Of a stretch of 64,000 nucleotides of DNA, positions 26,501 to 42,000 are shown piece by piece. Each line of letters starts with the position of its first letter. Positions within the stretch are counted from its first letter, which is position 1. Source of the DNA: Eledone cirrhosa (taxonomy: Eukaryota); contig OZ024750.1 of the NCBI GenBank assembly GCA_964016885.1, positions 41,540,001 to 41,604,000 on the forward strand. Direction: 5' to 3'. A program made the position numbers and the translations under genes. The notes under the pieces were generated by a model, which was given only the letters and a program-made list of their open reading frames with translations, searched no databases and was not told the DNA's origin.

Positions 26501-28850
26501 AGTCTAGGTGGTATATCTCAGCTGTGGTAGGGAGTAACAGACTCTACACCCCAGTGTAGGTGGTATATCTCAGCTGTGGTAGGGAGTGGCAGACTCTACA
26601 CCCCAGTCTAGGTGGTATATCTTAGCTGTGGTAGGGAGTGACAGACTCCACACCCCAGTCTAGGTGGTATATCTCAGCTGTGGTAGGGATTGGCAGACTC
26701 TACACCCCAGTCTAGAGGGTATATCTCAGCTGTGGTAAGGAGTGACAGACACTACACCCCAGTCTAGTTGGTATATCTCAGCTGTGGTAGGGAGTGGCAG
26801 ACTCTACACCCCAGTCAAGGTGGTATATCTCAGCTGTGGTAGGGAGTGGCAGACTCTACACCCCAGTCTAGGTGGTATATCTCAGCTGTGGTGGGGAGTG
26901 ACAGACTCTACACCCCAGTCTAGGTGGTATATCTCAGCTGTGGTGGGGACTGACAGACACTACACCCCAGTCCAGGTGGTATATCTCAGCTGTGGTAAGG
27001 AGTGACACACTGTGCACCCGAGTCTAGGTGGTATATCTCAGCTGTGGTAGGGAGTGACAGACTCTACACCCCAGTCTAGGTGGTATATCTCAGCTGTGGC
27101 AGGGAGTGACAGACTCTACACCCCAGTCTAGGTGGTATATCTCAGCTGGGAGTGACAGACTCTACACCCCAGTCTAGAGGGTATATCTCAGCTGTGGTGG
27201 GGAGTGACAGACTCTACACCCCAGTCTAGGTGGTATATCTCAGCTGTGGCAGGGAATGACAGACTCTACACCCCAGTCTAGATGGTATATCTCAGTTGTG
27301 GTAGGCACTGACAGGCTCTACACCCCAGTCTAGGTGGTATATCTCAGCTGTTGTAGGGAGTAACACACTCTACACCCCAGTGTAGGTGGTATATCTCAGC
27401 TGTGGTAGGGAGTGGCAGACTCTACACCCCAGTCTAGGTGGTATATCTCAGCTGTGGTAGGGAGTCACAGACTCTACACCCCAGTCTAGAGGGTATATCT
27501 CATCTGTGGTAGGGAGTGACAGACTCTACACTCCAGTCTAGGTGGTATATCTAAGCTGTGGTAGGGAGTAACAGACTCTACACCCCAGTCTAGTTGGTAT
27601 ATCTCAGTTGTGGTGGGGAGTGACAGATTCTACACCACAGTCTAGAGGGTATATCTCAGCTGTGGTAGGGAGTGGCAGACTCTACACCCCAGTCTAGGTG
27701 GTATATCTCAGCTGTGGTAGGGAGTGACAGACTCTACACCCCAGTCTAGGTGGTATATCTCAGCTGTGGTAGGGATTGGCAGACTCTACACCCCAGTCTA
27801 GAGGGTATATCTCAGCTGTGGTAGGCACTGACAGGCTCTACACCCCAGTCTAGGTGGTATATCTCAGCTGTGGTAGGGAGTAACAGACTCTACACCCCAG
27901 TGTAGGTGGTATATCTCAGCTGTGGTAGGCAGTGGCAGACTCTACACCCCAGTCTAGGTGGTATATCTCAGCTGTGGCAGGGAGTGACAGACTCTACACC
28001 CCAGTCTAGGTGGTATATCTCAGCTGTGGTGGGGAGTGACAGACTCTACCCCCCAGTCTAGGTGGTATATCTCAGCTGTGGTAGGGAGTGACATACTCTA
28101 CACCCCAGTCTAGGTGGTATATCTCAGCTGGGAGTGACAGACTCTACACTCCAGTCCAGATGGTATATCTCAGCTGTGGTAAGGAGTGACAGACTCTACA
28201 ACCCAGTCTAGGTGGTATATCTCAGCTGTGGCAGGGAGTGACAGACTGTACACCCCAGTCTAGGTGGTATATCTCAGCTATGGTGGGGAGTGACAGACTC
28301 TACACCCCACTCTAGGTGGTATATCTCAGCTGTGGCAGGGAGTGACAGACTCTACACCCCAGTCTAGGTGGTATATCTCAGCTGGGAGTGACAGACTCTA
28401 CACCCCAGTCTAGGTGGTATATCTCAGCTGTGGCAGGGAGTGACAGGCTCTACACCCCAGTCTAGGTGGTATATCTCAGCTGTGGTAGGGAGTGGCAGAC
28501 TCTACACCCCAGTCTAGGTGGTATATCTCAGCTGTGGTGGGGAGTGACAGATTCTACACCCCAGTCTAGGTGGTATATCTCAGCTGTGGTGGGGAGTGAC
28601 AGACTCTACACCCCAGTCCAGGTGGTATATCTCAGCTGTGGTAAGGAGTGACAGACTCTGCACCCCAGTCTAGGTGGTATATCTCAGCTGTGGTAGGGAG
28701 TGACAGACTCTACAACCCAGTCTAGGTGGTATATCTCAGCTGTGGCAGGGAGTGACAGACTCTACACCCCAGTCTAGGTGGTATATCTCAGCTGGGAGTG
28801 ACAGACTCTACACCCCAGTCTAGGTGGTATATCTCAGCTGTGGCAGGGAA
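23505..28850 (+). repeat. Near-identical duplication, period 2,765 bp (54 monomers: 47x52 + 6x46 + 1x45)
   Basis: The identical ORF pairs 23977/26742 and 25701/28466 are both offset by 2765. Private variants are shared (CACACTGTGCACCCG, CTACCCCCCAG, ATCTTAG). About 3 mismatches were seen by eye (near 24564, 27503, 28094). Confidence 0.93.
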
Positions 28851-31800
28851 TGACATACTCTACACCCCAGTCTAGATGGTATATCTCAGCTGTGGTAGGC
28901 ACTGACAGGCTCTACACCCCAGTCTAGGTGGTATATCTCAGCTGTGGTAGGGAGTAACAGACTCTACACCCCAGTGTAGGTGGTATATCTCAGCTGTGGT
29001 AGGGAGTGGCAGACTCTACACACCAGTCTAGGTGGTATATCTCAGCTGTGGTAGGGAGTGACAGACTCTACACCCCAGTCTAGAGGGTATATCTCAGCTG
29101 TGGTAGGGAGTGACAGACTCTACACCCCAGTCTAGGTGGTATATCTCAGCTGTGGTAGGGAGTCACAGACTCTACACCCCTGTCTAGTTGGTATATCTCA
29201 GTTGTGGTAGGGAGTGACAGATTCTACACCAGTGTAGAGGGTATATCTCAGCTGTGGTAGGGAGTTGCAGACTCTACACCCCAGTCTAGGTGGTATATCT
29301 CAGCTGTGGTAGGGAGTGACAGACTCTACACCCCAGTCTAGGTGGTATATCTCAACTGTGGTAGGGAGTGACAGACTCCACACCCCAGTCTAGGTGGTAT
29401 ATCTCAGCTGTGGTAGGGATTGGCAGACTCTACACCCCAGTCTAGAGGGTATATCTCAGCTGTGGTAAGGAGTGACAGACTCTACATCCCAGTCTAGGTG
29501 GTATATCTCAGCTGTGGTAGGGAGTGGCAGACTCTACACCCCAGTCAAGGTGGTATATCTCAGCTGTGGTAGGGAGTGACAGACTCTACACCCCAGTCTA
29601 GGTGGTATATCTCAGCTGTGGTAGGGAGTGACAGACTCTACACCCCAGTCTAGGTGGTATATCTCAGCTGTGGTAGGGAGTGACAGACTCTACACCCCAG
29701 TCTAGGTGGTATATCTCAGCTGTGGTAGGGAGTGACAGATTCTACACCCCAGTCTAGGTGGTATATCTCAGCTGGGAGTGACGACTCTGCACCCCAGTCT
29801 AGGTGGTATATCTCAGCTGTGGCAAGGAGTGACAGACTTTACACCCCAGTCTAGGTGGTATATCTCAGCTGTGGTAGGGAGTGGCAGACTCTACACCCCA
29901 GTCTAGGTGGTATATCTCAGCTGTGGTGGGGAGTGACAGACTCTACACCCCAGTCTAGGTGGTATATCTAAGCTGTGGTAGGGAGTGACAGACTCTACAC
30001 CCCAGTCTAGTTGGTATATCTCAGTTGTGGTAGGGAGTGGCAGACTCTACACCCCAGTCTAGGTGGTATATCTCAGCTGTGGTAGGGAGTGACAGACTCT
30101 ACATCCCAGTCTAGGTGGTATATCTCAGCTGTGGTAGGGATTGGCAGACTCTACACCCCAGTCTAGAGGGTATATCTCAGCTGTGGTAGGCACTGACAGG
30201 CTCTACACCCCAGTCTAGGTGGTATATCTCAGCTGTGGTAGGGAGTAACAGACTCTACACCCCAGTGTAGGTGGTATATCTCAGCTGTGGTAGGCAGTGG
30301 CAGACTCTACACCCCAGTCTAGGTGGTATATCTCAGCTGTGGCAGGGAGTGACAGACTCTACACCCCAGTCTAGGTGGTATATCTCAGCTGTGGTGGGGA
30401 GTGACAGACTCTACACCCCAGTCTAGGTGGTATATCTCAGCTGTGGTAGGGAGTGACAGACTCTACACCCCAGTCTAGGTGGTATATCTCAGCTAGGAGT
30501 GACAGACTCTACACTCCAGTCCAGATGGTATATCTCAGCTGTGGTAAGGAGTGACAGACTCTACACCCCAGTCTAGGTGGTATATCTCTGCTGTGGCAGG
30601 GAGTGACAGACTATACACCCCAGTCTAGGTGGTATATCTCAGCTATGGTGGGGAGTGACAGACTCTACACCCCACTCTAGGTGGTATATCTCAGCTGTGG
30701 CAGGGAGTGACAGACTCTACACCCCAGTCTAGGTGGTATATCTCAGCTGGGAGTGACAGACTCTACACCCCAGTCTAGGTGGTATATCTCAGCTGTGGCA
30801 GGGAGTGACAGACTCTACACCCCAGTCTAGGTGGTATATCTCAGCTGTGGTAGGGAGTGGCAGACTCTACACCCCAGTCTAGGTGGTATATCTCAGCTGT
30901 GGTGGGGAGTGACAGATTCTACACCCCAGTCTAGGTGGTATATCTCAGCTGTGGTGGGGAGTGACAGACTCTACACCCCAGTCCAGGTGGTATATCTCAG
31001 CTTTGGTAAGGAGTGACAGACTCTGCACCCCAGTCTAGGTGGTATATCTCAGCTGTGGTAGGGAGTGACAGACTCTACAACCCAGTCTAGGTGGTATATC
31101 TCAGCTGTGTCAGGGAGTGACAGACTCTACACCCCAGTCTAGGTGGTATATCTCAGCTGGGAGTGACAGACTCTACACCCCAGTCTAGGTGGTATATCTC
31201 AGCTGTGGCAGGGAATGACATACTCTACACCCCAGTCTAGATGGTATATCTCAGCTGTGGTAGGCACTGACAGGCTCTACACCCCAGTCTAGGTGGTATA
31301 TCTCAGCTGTGGTAGGGAGTAACAGACTCTACACCCCAGTGTAGGTGGTATATCTCAGCTGTGGTAGGGAGTGGCAGACTCTACACCCCAGTCTAGGTGG
31401 TATATCTCAGCTGTGGTAGGGAGTGACAGACTCTACACCCCAGTCTAGAGGGTATATCTCAGCTGTGGTAGGGAGTGACAGACTCTACACCCCAGTCTAG
31501 GTGGTATATCTCAGCTGTGGTAGGGAGTGACAGACTCTACACCCCAGTCTAGGTGGTATATCTCAGCTGTGGTAGGGAGTGACAGACTCCACACCCCAGT
31601 CTAGGTGGTATATCTCAGCTGTGGTAGGGATTGGCAGACTCTACGCCCCAGTCTAGAGGGTATATCTCAGCTGTGGTAAGGAGTGACAGACTCTACATCC
31701 CAGACTAGGTGGTATATCTCAGCTGTGGTAGGGAGTGGCAGACTCTACACCCCAGTCAAGGTGGTATATCTCAGCTGTGGTAGGGAGTGACAGACTCTAC

Positions 31801-34800
31801 ACCCCAGTCTAGGTGGTATATCTCAGCTGTGGTAGGGAGTGACAGACTCTACACCCCAGTCTAGGTGGTATATCTCAGCTGGGAGTGACAGACTCTACAC
31901 TCCAGTCCAGATGGTATATCTCAGCTGTGGTAAGGAGTGACAGACTCTACACCCCAGTCTAGGTGGTATATCTCAGCTGTGGCAGGGAGTGACAGACTGT
32001 ACACCCCAGTCTAGGTGGTATATCTCAGCTATGGTGGGGAGTGACAGACTCTACACCCCACTCTAGGTGGTATATCTCAGCTGTGGCAGGGAGTGACAGA
32101 CTCTACACCCCAGTCTAGGTGGTATATCTCAGCTGGGAGTGACAGACTCTACACCCCAGTCTAGGTGGTATATCGCTGCTGTGGCAGGGAGTGACAGACT
32201 CTACACCCCAGTCTAGGTGGTATATCTCAGCTGTGGTAGGGAGTGGCAGACTCTACACCCCAGTCTAGGTGGTATATCTCAGCTGTGGTGGGGAGTGACA
32301 GATTCTACACCCCAGTCTAGGTGGTATATCTCAGCTGTGGTGGGGAGTGACAGACTCTACACCCCAGTCCAGGTGATATATCTCAGCTGTGGTAAGGAGT
32401 GACAGACTCTGCACCCCAGTCTAGGTGGTATATCTCAGCAGTGGTAGGGAGTGACAGACTCTACAACCCAGTCTAGGTGGTATATCTCAGCTGTGGCAGG
32501 GAGTGACAGACTCTACACCCCAGTCTAGGTGGTATATCTCAGCTGGGAGTGACAGACTCTACACCCCAGTCTAGGTGGTATATCTCAGCTGTGGCAGGGA
32601 ATGACATACTCTACACCCCAGTCTAGATGGTATATCTCAGCTGTGGTAGGCACTGACAGGCTCTACACCCCAGTCTAGGTGGTATATCTCAGCTGTGGTA
32701 GGGAGTAACAGACTCTACACCCCAGTGTAGGTGGTATATCTCAGCTGTGGTAGGGAGTGGCAGACTCTACACCCCAGTCTAGGTGGTATATCTCAGCTGT
32801 GGTAGGGAGTGACAGACTCTACACCCCAGTCTAGAGGGTATATCTCAGCTGTGGTAGGGAGTGACAGACTCTACACCCCAGTCTAGGTGGTATATCTCAG
32901 CTGTGGTAGGGAGTCACAGACTCTACACCCCAGTCTAGTTGGTATATCTCAGTTGTGGTAGGGAGTGACAGATTCTACACCACAGTCTACAGGGTATATC
33001 TCAGCTGTGGTAGGGAGTGGCAGACTCTACACCCCAGTCTAGGTGGTATATCTCAGCTGTGGTAGGGAGTGACAGACTCCACACCCCAGTCTAGGTGGTA
33101 TATCTCAGCTGTGGTAGGGATTGGCAGACTCTACACCCCAGTCTAGAGGGTATATCTCAGCTGTGGTAAGGAGTGACAGACTCTACATCCCAGTCTAGGT
33201 GGTATATCTCAGCTGTGGTGGGAGTGACAGACTCTACACCCCAGTCTAGGTGGTATATCTCAGCTGGGAGTGACAGACTCTACACTCCAGTCCAGATGGT
33301 ATATCTCAGCTGTGGTAAGGAGTGACAGACTCTACACCCCAGTCTAGGTGGTATATCTCAGCTGTGGCAGGGAGTGACAGACTATACACCCCAGTCTAGG
33401 TGGTATATCTCAGTTATGGTGGGGAGTGACAGACTCTACACCCCACTCTAGGTGGTATATCTCAGCTGTGGCAGGGGGTGACAGACTCTACACCCCAGTC
33501 TAGGTGGTCTATCTCAGCTGGGAGTGACAGACTCTACACCCCAGTCTAGGTCGTATATCTCAGCTGTGGCAGGGAGTGACAGACTCTACACCCCAGTCTA
33601 GGTGGTATATCTCAGCTGTGGTAGGGAGTGACAGACTCTACAACCCAGTCTAGGTGGTATATCTCAGCTGTGGCAGGGAGTGACAGACTATACACCCCAG
33701 TCTAGGTGGTATATCTCAGTTATGGTGGGGAGTGACAGACTCTACGCCCCACTCTAGGTGGTATATCTCAGCTGTGGTGGGGAGTGACAGATTCTACACC
33801 CCAGTCTAGGTGGTATATCTCAGCTGTGGTGGGGAGTGACAGACTCTACACCCCAGTCCAGGTGGTATATCTCAGCTGTGGTAAGGAGTGACAGACTCTG
33901 CACCCCAGTCTAGGTGGTATATCTCAGCTGTGGTAGGGAGTGACAGACTCTACAACCCAGTCTAGGTGGTATATCTCAGCTGTGGCAGGGAATGACATAC
34001 TCTACACCCCAGTCTAGATGGTATATCTCAGCTGTGGTAGGCACTGACAGGCTCTATACCCCAGTCTAGGTGGTATATCTCAGCTGTGGTAGGGAGTGAC
34101 AGATTCTACACCACAGTCTAGAGGGTATATCTCAGCTGTGGTAGGGAGTGGCAGACTCTACACCCCAGTCTAGGTGGTATATCTCAGCTGTGGTAGGGAG
34201 TGACAGACTCTACACCCCAGTCTAGGTGGTATATCTCAGCTGTGTTAGGGAGTGACAGACTCCACACCCCAGTCTAGGTGGTATATCTCAGCTGTGGTAG
34301 GGATTGGCAGATTCTACACCCCAGTCTAGAGGGTATATCTCAGCTGTGGTAAGGAGTGACAGACTCTACATCCCAGACTAGGTGGTATATCTCAGCTGTG
34401 GTAGGGAGTTGCAGACTCTACACCCCAGTCAAGGTGGTATATCTCAGCTGTGATAGGGAGTGACAGACTCTACACCCCAGTCTAGTTGGTATATCTCAGT
34501 TGTGGTAGGGCGTGACAGATTCTACACCACAGTCTAGAGGGTATATCTCAGCTGTTGTAGGGAGTGGCAGACTCTACACCCCAGTGTAGGTGGTATATCT
34601 CAGCTGTGGTAGGCAGTGTCAGTCTCTACACCCCAGTCTAGGTGGTATATCTCAGCTGTGGCATGGAGTGACAGACTCTACACCCCAGTCTAGGTGGAAT
34701 ATCTCAGCTGTGGTGGGGAGTGACAGACTCTACACCCCAGTCTAGGTGGTATATCTCAGCTGTGGTAGGGAGTGACAGACTCTACACCCCAGTCTAGGTG

Positions 34801-36099
34801 GTATATCTCAGCTGTGGTAGGGAGTGACAGACTCTACACCCCAGTCTAGGTGGTATATCTCAGCTGTGGTAGGGAGTGACAGACTCTACACCCCAGTCTA
34901 GTTGGTATATCTCAGTTGTGGTAGGGAGTGACAGATTCTACACCACAGTCTACAGGGTATATCTCAGCTGTGGTAGGGAGTGGCAGACTCTACACCCCAG
35001 TCTAGGTGGTATATCTCAGCTGTGGTAGGGAGTGACAGACTCTACACCCCAGTCTAGGTGGTATATCTCAGCTGTGGTAGGGAGTGACAGACTCCACACC
35101 CCAGTCTAGGTGGTATATCTCAGCTGTGGTAGGGATTGGCAGACTCTACAGCCCAGTCTAGAGGGTATATCTCAGCTGTGGTAAGGAGTGACAGACTCTA
35201 CATCCCAGTCTAGGTGGTATATCTCAGCTGTGGTAGGGAGTGGCAGACTCTACACCCCAGTCAAGGTGGTATATCTCAGCTGTGGTAGGGAGTGACAGAC
35301 TCTACACCCCAGTCTAGGTGGTATATCTCAGCTGTGGTAGGGAGTGACAGACTCTACACCCCAGTCTAGGTGGTATATCTCAGCTGTGGTAGGGAGTGAC
35401 AGACTCTACACCCCAGTCTAGGTGGTATATCTCAGCTGTGGTAGGGAGTGACAGATTCTACACCCCAGTCTAGGTGGTATATCTCAGCTGGGAGTGACGA
35501 CTCTGCACCCCAGTCTAGGTGGTATATCTCAGCTGTGGCAGGGAGTGACAGACTCTACACCCCAGTCTAGGTGGTATATCTCAGCTGTGGTAGGGAGTGG
35601 CAGACTCTACACCCCAGTCTAGGTGGTATATCTCAGCTGTGGTGGGGAGTGACAGACTCTACACCCCAGTCTAGGTGGTATATCTAAGCTGTGGTAGGGA
35701 GTGACAGACTCTACACCCCAGTCTAGTTGGTATATCTCAGTTGTGGTAGGGAGTGACAGATTCTACACCACAGTCTAGAGGGTATATCTCAGCTGTGGTA
35801 GGGAGTGGCAGACTCTACACCCCAGTCTAGGTGGTATATCTCAGCTGTGGTAGGGAGTGACAGACTCTACACCCCAGTCTAGGTGGTATATCTCAGCTGT
35901 GCTAGGGATTGGCAGACTCTACACCCCAGTCTAGAGGGTATATCTCAGCTGTGGTAGGCACTGACAGGCTCTACACCCCAGTCTAGGTGGTATATCTCAG
36001 CTGTGGTAGGGAGTAACAGACTCTACACCCCAGTGTAGGTGGTATATCTCAGCTGTGGTAGGCAGTGGCAGACTCTACACCCCAGTCTAGGTGGTATAT

Positions 36100-39000
36100 C
36101 TCAGCTGTGGCAGGGAGTGACAGACTCTACACCCCAGTCTAGGTGGTATATCTCAGCTGTGGTGGGGAGTGACAAACTCTACACCCCAGTCTAGGTGGTA
36201 TATCTCAGCTGTGGTAGGGAGTGACAGACTCTACACCCCAGTCTAGGTGGTATATCTCAGCTGGGAGTGACAGACTCTACACTCCAGTCCAGATGGTATA
36301 TCTCAGCTGTGGTAAGGAGTGACAGACTCTACACCCCAGTCTAGGTGGTATATCTCAGCTGTGGCAGGGAGTGACAGACTATACACCCCAGTCTAGGTGG
36401 TATATCTCAGTTATGGTGGGGAGTGACAGACTCTACACCCCACTCTAGGTGGTATATCTCAGCTGTGGCAGGGAGTGACAGACTCTACACCCCAGTCTAG
36501 GTGGTATATCTCAGCTGGGAGTGACAGACTCTACACCCCAGTCTAGGTGGTATATCTCAGCTGTGGCAGGGAGTGACAGACTCTACACCCCAGTCTAGGT
36601 GGTATATCTCAGCTGTGGTAGGGAGTGGCAGACTCTACACCCCAGTCTAGGTGGTATATCTCAGCTGTGGTGGGGAGTGACAGATTCTACACCCCAGTCT
36701 AGGTGGTATATCTCAGCTGTGGTGGGGAGTGACAGACTCTACACCCCAGTCCAGGTGGTATATCTCAGCTGTGGTAAGGAGTGACAGACTCTGCACCCCA
36801 GTCTAGGTGGTATATCTCAGCTGTGGTAGGGAGTGACAGACTCTACAACCCAGTCTAGGTGGTATATCTCAGCTGTGGCAGGGAGTGACAGACTCTACAC
36901 CCCGGTCTAGGTGGTATATCTCAGCTGGGAGTGACACACTCTACACCCCAGTCCAGGTGGTATATCTCAGCTGTGGTAAGGAGTGACAGACTCTGCACCC
37001 CAGTCTAGGTGGTATATCTCAGCTGTGGTAGGGAGTGACAGACTCTACACCCCAGTCTAGTTGGTATATCTCAGTTGTGGTAGGGAGTGACAGATTCTAC
37101 ACCACAGTCTAGAGGGTATATCTCAGCTGTGGTAGGGAGTGGCAGACTCTACACCCCAGTGTAGGTGGTATATCTCAGCTGTGGTAGGCAGTGTCAGTCT
37201 CTACACCCCAGTCTAGGTGGTATATCTCAGCTGTGGCATGGAGTGACAGACTCTACACCCCAGTCTAGGTGGTATATCTCAGCTGTGGTGGGGAGTGACA
37301 GACTCTACACCCCAGTCTAGGTGGTATATCTCAGCTGTGGTAGGGAGTGACAGACTCTACACCCCAGTCTAGGTGGTATATCTCAGCTGGGAGTGACAGA
37401 CTCTACACCCCAGTCTAGGTGGTATATCTCAGCTGTGGCAGGGAGTGACAGACTCTACACCCCAGTCTAGATGGTATATCTCATCTGTGGTAGGGAGTGG
37501 CAGACTCTACACCCCAGTCTAGGTGGTATATCTCAGCTGTGGTGGGGAGTGACAGATTCTACACCCCAGTCTAGGTGGTATATCTCAGCTGTGGTGGGGA
37601 GTGACAGACTCTACACCCCAGTCCAGGTGGTATATCTCAGCTGTGGTAAGGAGTGACAGACTCTGCACCCCAGTCTAGGTGGTATATCTCAGCTGTGGTA
37701 TGGAGTGACAGACTCTACAACCCAGTCTAGGTGGTATATCTCAGCTGTGGCAGGGAGTGACAGACTCTACACCCCAGTCTAGGTGGTATATCTCAGCTGG
37801 GAGTGACAGACTCTACACCCCAGTCTAGGTGGTATATCTCAGCTGTGGCAGGGAATGACATACACTACACCCCAGTCTAGATGGTATATCTCAGCTGTGG
37901 TAGGGAGTAACAGACTCTACACCCCAGTGTAGGTGGTATATCTCAGCTGTGGTAGGGAGTGGCAGACTCTACACCCCAGTCTAGGTGGTATATCTCAGCT
38001 GTGGTAGGGAGTGACAGACTCTACACCTCAGTCTAGAGGGTATATCTCAGCTGTGGTAGGGAGTGACAGACTCTACACCCCAGTCTAGGTGGTATATCTC
38101 AGCTGTGGTAGGGAGTCACAGACTCTACACCCCAGTCTAGTTGGTATATCTCAGTTGTGGTAGGGAGTGACAGATTCTACACCACAGTCTACAGGGTATA
38201 TCTCAGCTGTGGTAGGGAGTGGCAGACTCTACACCCCAGTCTAGGTGGTATATCTCAGCTGTGGTAGGGAGTGACAGACTCCACACCCCAGTCTAGGTGG
38301 TATATCTCACCTGTGGTAGGGATTGGCAGACTCTACACCCCAGTCTAGAGGGTATATCTCAGCTGTGGTAAGGAGTGACAGACTCTACATCCCAGTCTAG
38401 GTGGTATATCTCAGCTGTGGTAGGGAGTGGCAGACTCTACACCCCAGTCAAGGTGGTATATCTCAGCTGTGGTAGGGAGTGACAGACTCTACACCCCAGT
38501 CTAGGTGGTATATCTCAGCTGTGGTAGGGAGTGACAGACTCTACACCCCAGTCTAGGTGGTATATCTCAGCTGTGGTAGGGAGTGACAGACTCTACACCC
38601 CAGTCTAGGTGGTATATCTCAGCTGTGGTAGGGAGTGACAGATTCTACACCCCAGTCTAGGTGGTATATCTCAGCTGGGAGTGACGACTCTGCACCCCAG
38701 TCTAGGTGGTATATCTCAGCTGTGGCAGGGAGTGGCAGACTCTACACCCCAGTCTAGGTGGTATATCTCAGCTGTGGTGGGGAGTGACAGACTCTACACC
38801 CCAGTCTAGGTGGTATATCTAAGCTGTGGTAGGGAGTGACAGACTCTATACCCCAGTCTAGTTGGTATATCTCAGTTGTGGTAGGGAGTGATAGATTCTA
38901 CACCACAGTCTAGAGGGTATATCTCAGCTGTGGTAGGGAGTGGCAGACTCTACACCCCAGTCTAGGTGGTATATCTCAGCTGTGGTAGGGAGTGACAGAC

Positions 39001-42000
39001 TCTACACCCCAGTCTAGGTGGTATATCTCAGCTGTGGTAGGGAGTAACAGACTCTACACCCCAGTGTAGGTGGTATATCTCAGCTGTGGTAGGCAGTGGC
39101 AGACTCTACACCCCAGTCTAGGTGGTATATCTCAGCTGTGGCAGGTAGTGACAGACTCTACACCCCAGTCTAGGTGGTATATCTCAGCTGTGGTGGGGAG
39201 TGACAGACTCTACACCCCAGTCTAGGTGGTATATCTCAGCTGTGGTAGGGAGTGACAGACTCTACAGCCCAGTCTAGGTGGTATATCTCAGCTGGGAGTG
39301 ACAGACTCTACACTCCAGTCCACATGGTATATCTCAGCTGTGGTAAGGAGTGACAGACTCTACACCCCAGTCTAGGTGGTATATCTCAGCTGTGGCAGGG
39401 AGTGACAGACTATACACCCCACTCTAGGTGGTATATCTCAGCTGTGGCAGGGAGTGACAGACTCTACACCCCAGTCTAGGTGGTATATCTCAGCTGGGAG
39501 TGACAGACTCTACACCCCAGTCTAGGTGGTATATCTCAGCTATGGTGGGGAGTGGCAGACTCAACAGCCCACTCTAGGTGGTATATCTCAGCTGTGGCAG
39601 GGAGTGACAGACTCTACACCCCAGTCTAGGTGGTATATCTCAGCTGTGGTGGGGAGTGACAGACTCTACACCCCAGTCCAGGTGGTATATCTCAGCTGTG
39701 GTAAGGAGTGACAGACTCTGCACCCCAGTCTAGGTGGTATATCTCAGCTGTGGTAGGGAGTGACAGACTCTACAACCCAGTCTAGGTGGTATATCTCAGC
39801 TGTGGCAGGGAGTGACAGACTCTACACCCCAGTCTAGGTGGTATATCTCAGCTGGGAGTGACAGACTCTACACCCCAGTCTAGGTGGTATATCTCAGCTG
39901 TGGCAGGGAATGACATACTCTACACCCCAGTCTAGATGGTATATCTCAGCTGTGGTAGGCACTGACAGGCTCTACACCCCAGTCTAGGTGGTATATCTCA
40001 GCTGTGGTAGGGAGTAACAGACTCTACACCCAAGTGTAGGTGGTATATCTCAGCTGTGGTAGGGAGTGGCAGACTCTACACCCCAGTCTAGGTGGTATAT
40101 CTCAGCTGTGGTAGGGAGTGACAGACTCTACACCCCAGTCTAGAGGGTATATCTCAGCTGTGGTAGGGAGTGACAGACTCTACACCCCAGTCTAGGTGGT
40201 ATATCTCAGCTGTGGTAGGGAGTCACAGACTCTACACCCCAGTCTAGTTGGTATATCTCAGTTGTGGTAGGGAGTGACAGATTCTACACCACAGTCTAGA
40301 GGGTATATCTCAGCTGTGGTAGGGAGTGGCAGACTCTACACCCCAGTCTAGGTGGTATATCTCAGCTGTGGTAGGGAGTGACAGACTCTACACCCCAGTC
40401 TAGGTGGTATATCTCAGCTGTGGTAGGGAGTGACAGACTCCACACCCCAGTCTAGGTGGTATATCTCAGCTGTGGTAGGGAGTGACAGACTCTACAACCC
40501 AGTCTAGGTGGTATATCTCAGCTGGGAGTGACAGACTCTACACCCCAGTCTAGGTGGTATATCTCAGCTGTGGCAGGGAATGACATACTCTACACCCCAG
40601 TCTAGATGGTATATCTCAGTTGTGGTAGGCACTGACAGGCTCTACACCCCAGTCTAGGTGGTATATCTCAGCTGTGGTAGGGAGTAACAGACTCTACACC
40701 CAAGTGTAGGTGGTATATCTCAGCTGTGGTAGGGAGTGGCAGACTCTACACCCCAGTCTAGGTGGTATATCTCAGCTGTGGTAGGGAGTGACAGACTCTA
40801 CACCCCAGTCTAGAGGGTATATCTCAGCTGTGGTAGGGAGTGGCAGACTCTACACCCCAGTCTAGGTGGTATATCTCAGCTGTGGTAGGGAGTGACAGAC
40901 TCTACACCCCAGTCTAGGTGGTATATCTCAGCTGTGGTAGGGAGTGACAGACTCCACACCCCAGTCTAGGTGGTATATCTCAGCTGTGGTAGGGATTGGC
41001 AGACTCTACACCCCAGTCTAGAGGGTATATCTCAGCTGTGGTAAGGAGTGACAGACTCTACATCCCAGACTAGGTGGTATATCTCAGCTGTGGTAGGGAG
41101 TGGCAGACTCTACACCCCAGTCAAGGTGGTATATCTCAGCTGTGGTAGGGAGTGACAGACTCTACACCCCAGTCTAGGTGGTATATCTCAGCTGTGGTAG
41201 GGAGTGACAGACTCTACACCCCAGTCTAGTTGGTATATCTCAGTTGTGGTAGGGAGTGACAGATTCTAAACCACAGTCTAGAGGGTATATCTCAGCTGTG
41301 GTAGGGAGTGGCAGACTCTACACCCCAGTGTAGGTGGTATATCTCAGCTGTGGTAGGCAGTGTCAGTCTCTACACCCCAGTCTAGGTGGTATATCTCAGC
41401 TGTGGCATGGAGTGACAGACTCTACACCCCAGTGTAGGTGGTATATCTCAGCTGTGGTGGGGAGTGACAGACTCTACACCCCAGTCTAGGTGGTATATCT
41501 CAGCTGGGAGTGACAGACTCTACACCCCAGTCTAGGTGGTATATCTCAGCTGTGGCAGGGAGTGACAGACTCTACACCCCAGTCTAGGTGGTATATCTCA
41601 GCTGTAGTAGGGAGTGGCAGACTCTACACCCCAGTCTAGGTGGTATATCTCAGCTGTGGTGGGGAGTGACAGATTCTACACCCCAGTCTAGGTGGTATAT
41701 CTCAGCTGTGGTGGGGAGTGACAGACTCTACACCCCAGTCCAGGTGGTATATCTCAGCTGTGGTAAGGAGTGACAGACTCTGCCCCCCAGTCTAGGTGGT
41801 ATATCTCAGCTGTGGTGGGGAGTGACAGACTCTACACCCCAGTCTAGGTGGTATATCTCAGCTGTAGTAGGGAGTGGCAGACTCTACACCCCAGTCTAGG
41901 TGGTATATCTCAGCTGTGGTGGGGAGTGACAGACTCTACACCCCAGTCTAGGTGGTATATCTCAGCAGTGGCAGGGAGTGACAGACTCTACACCCCAGTC

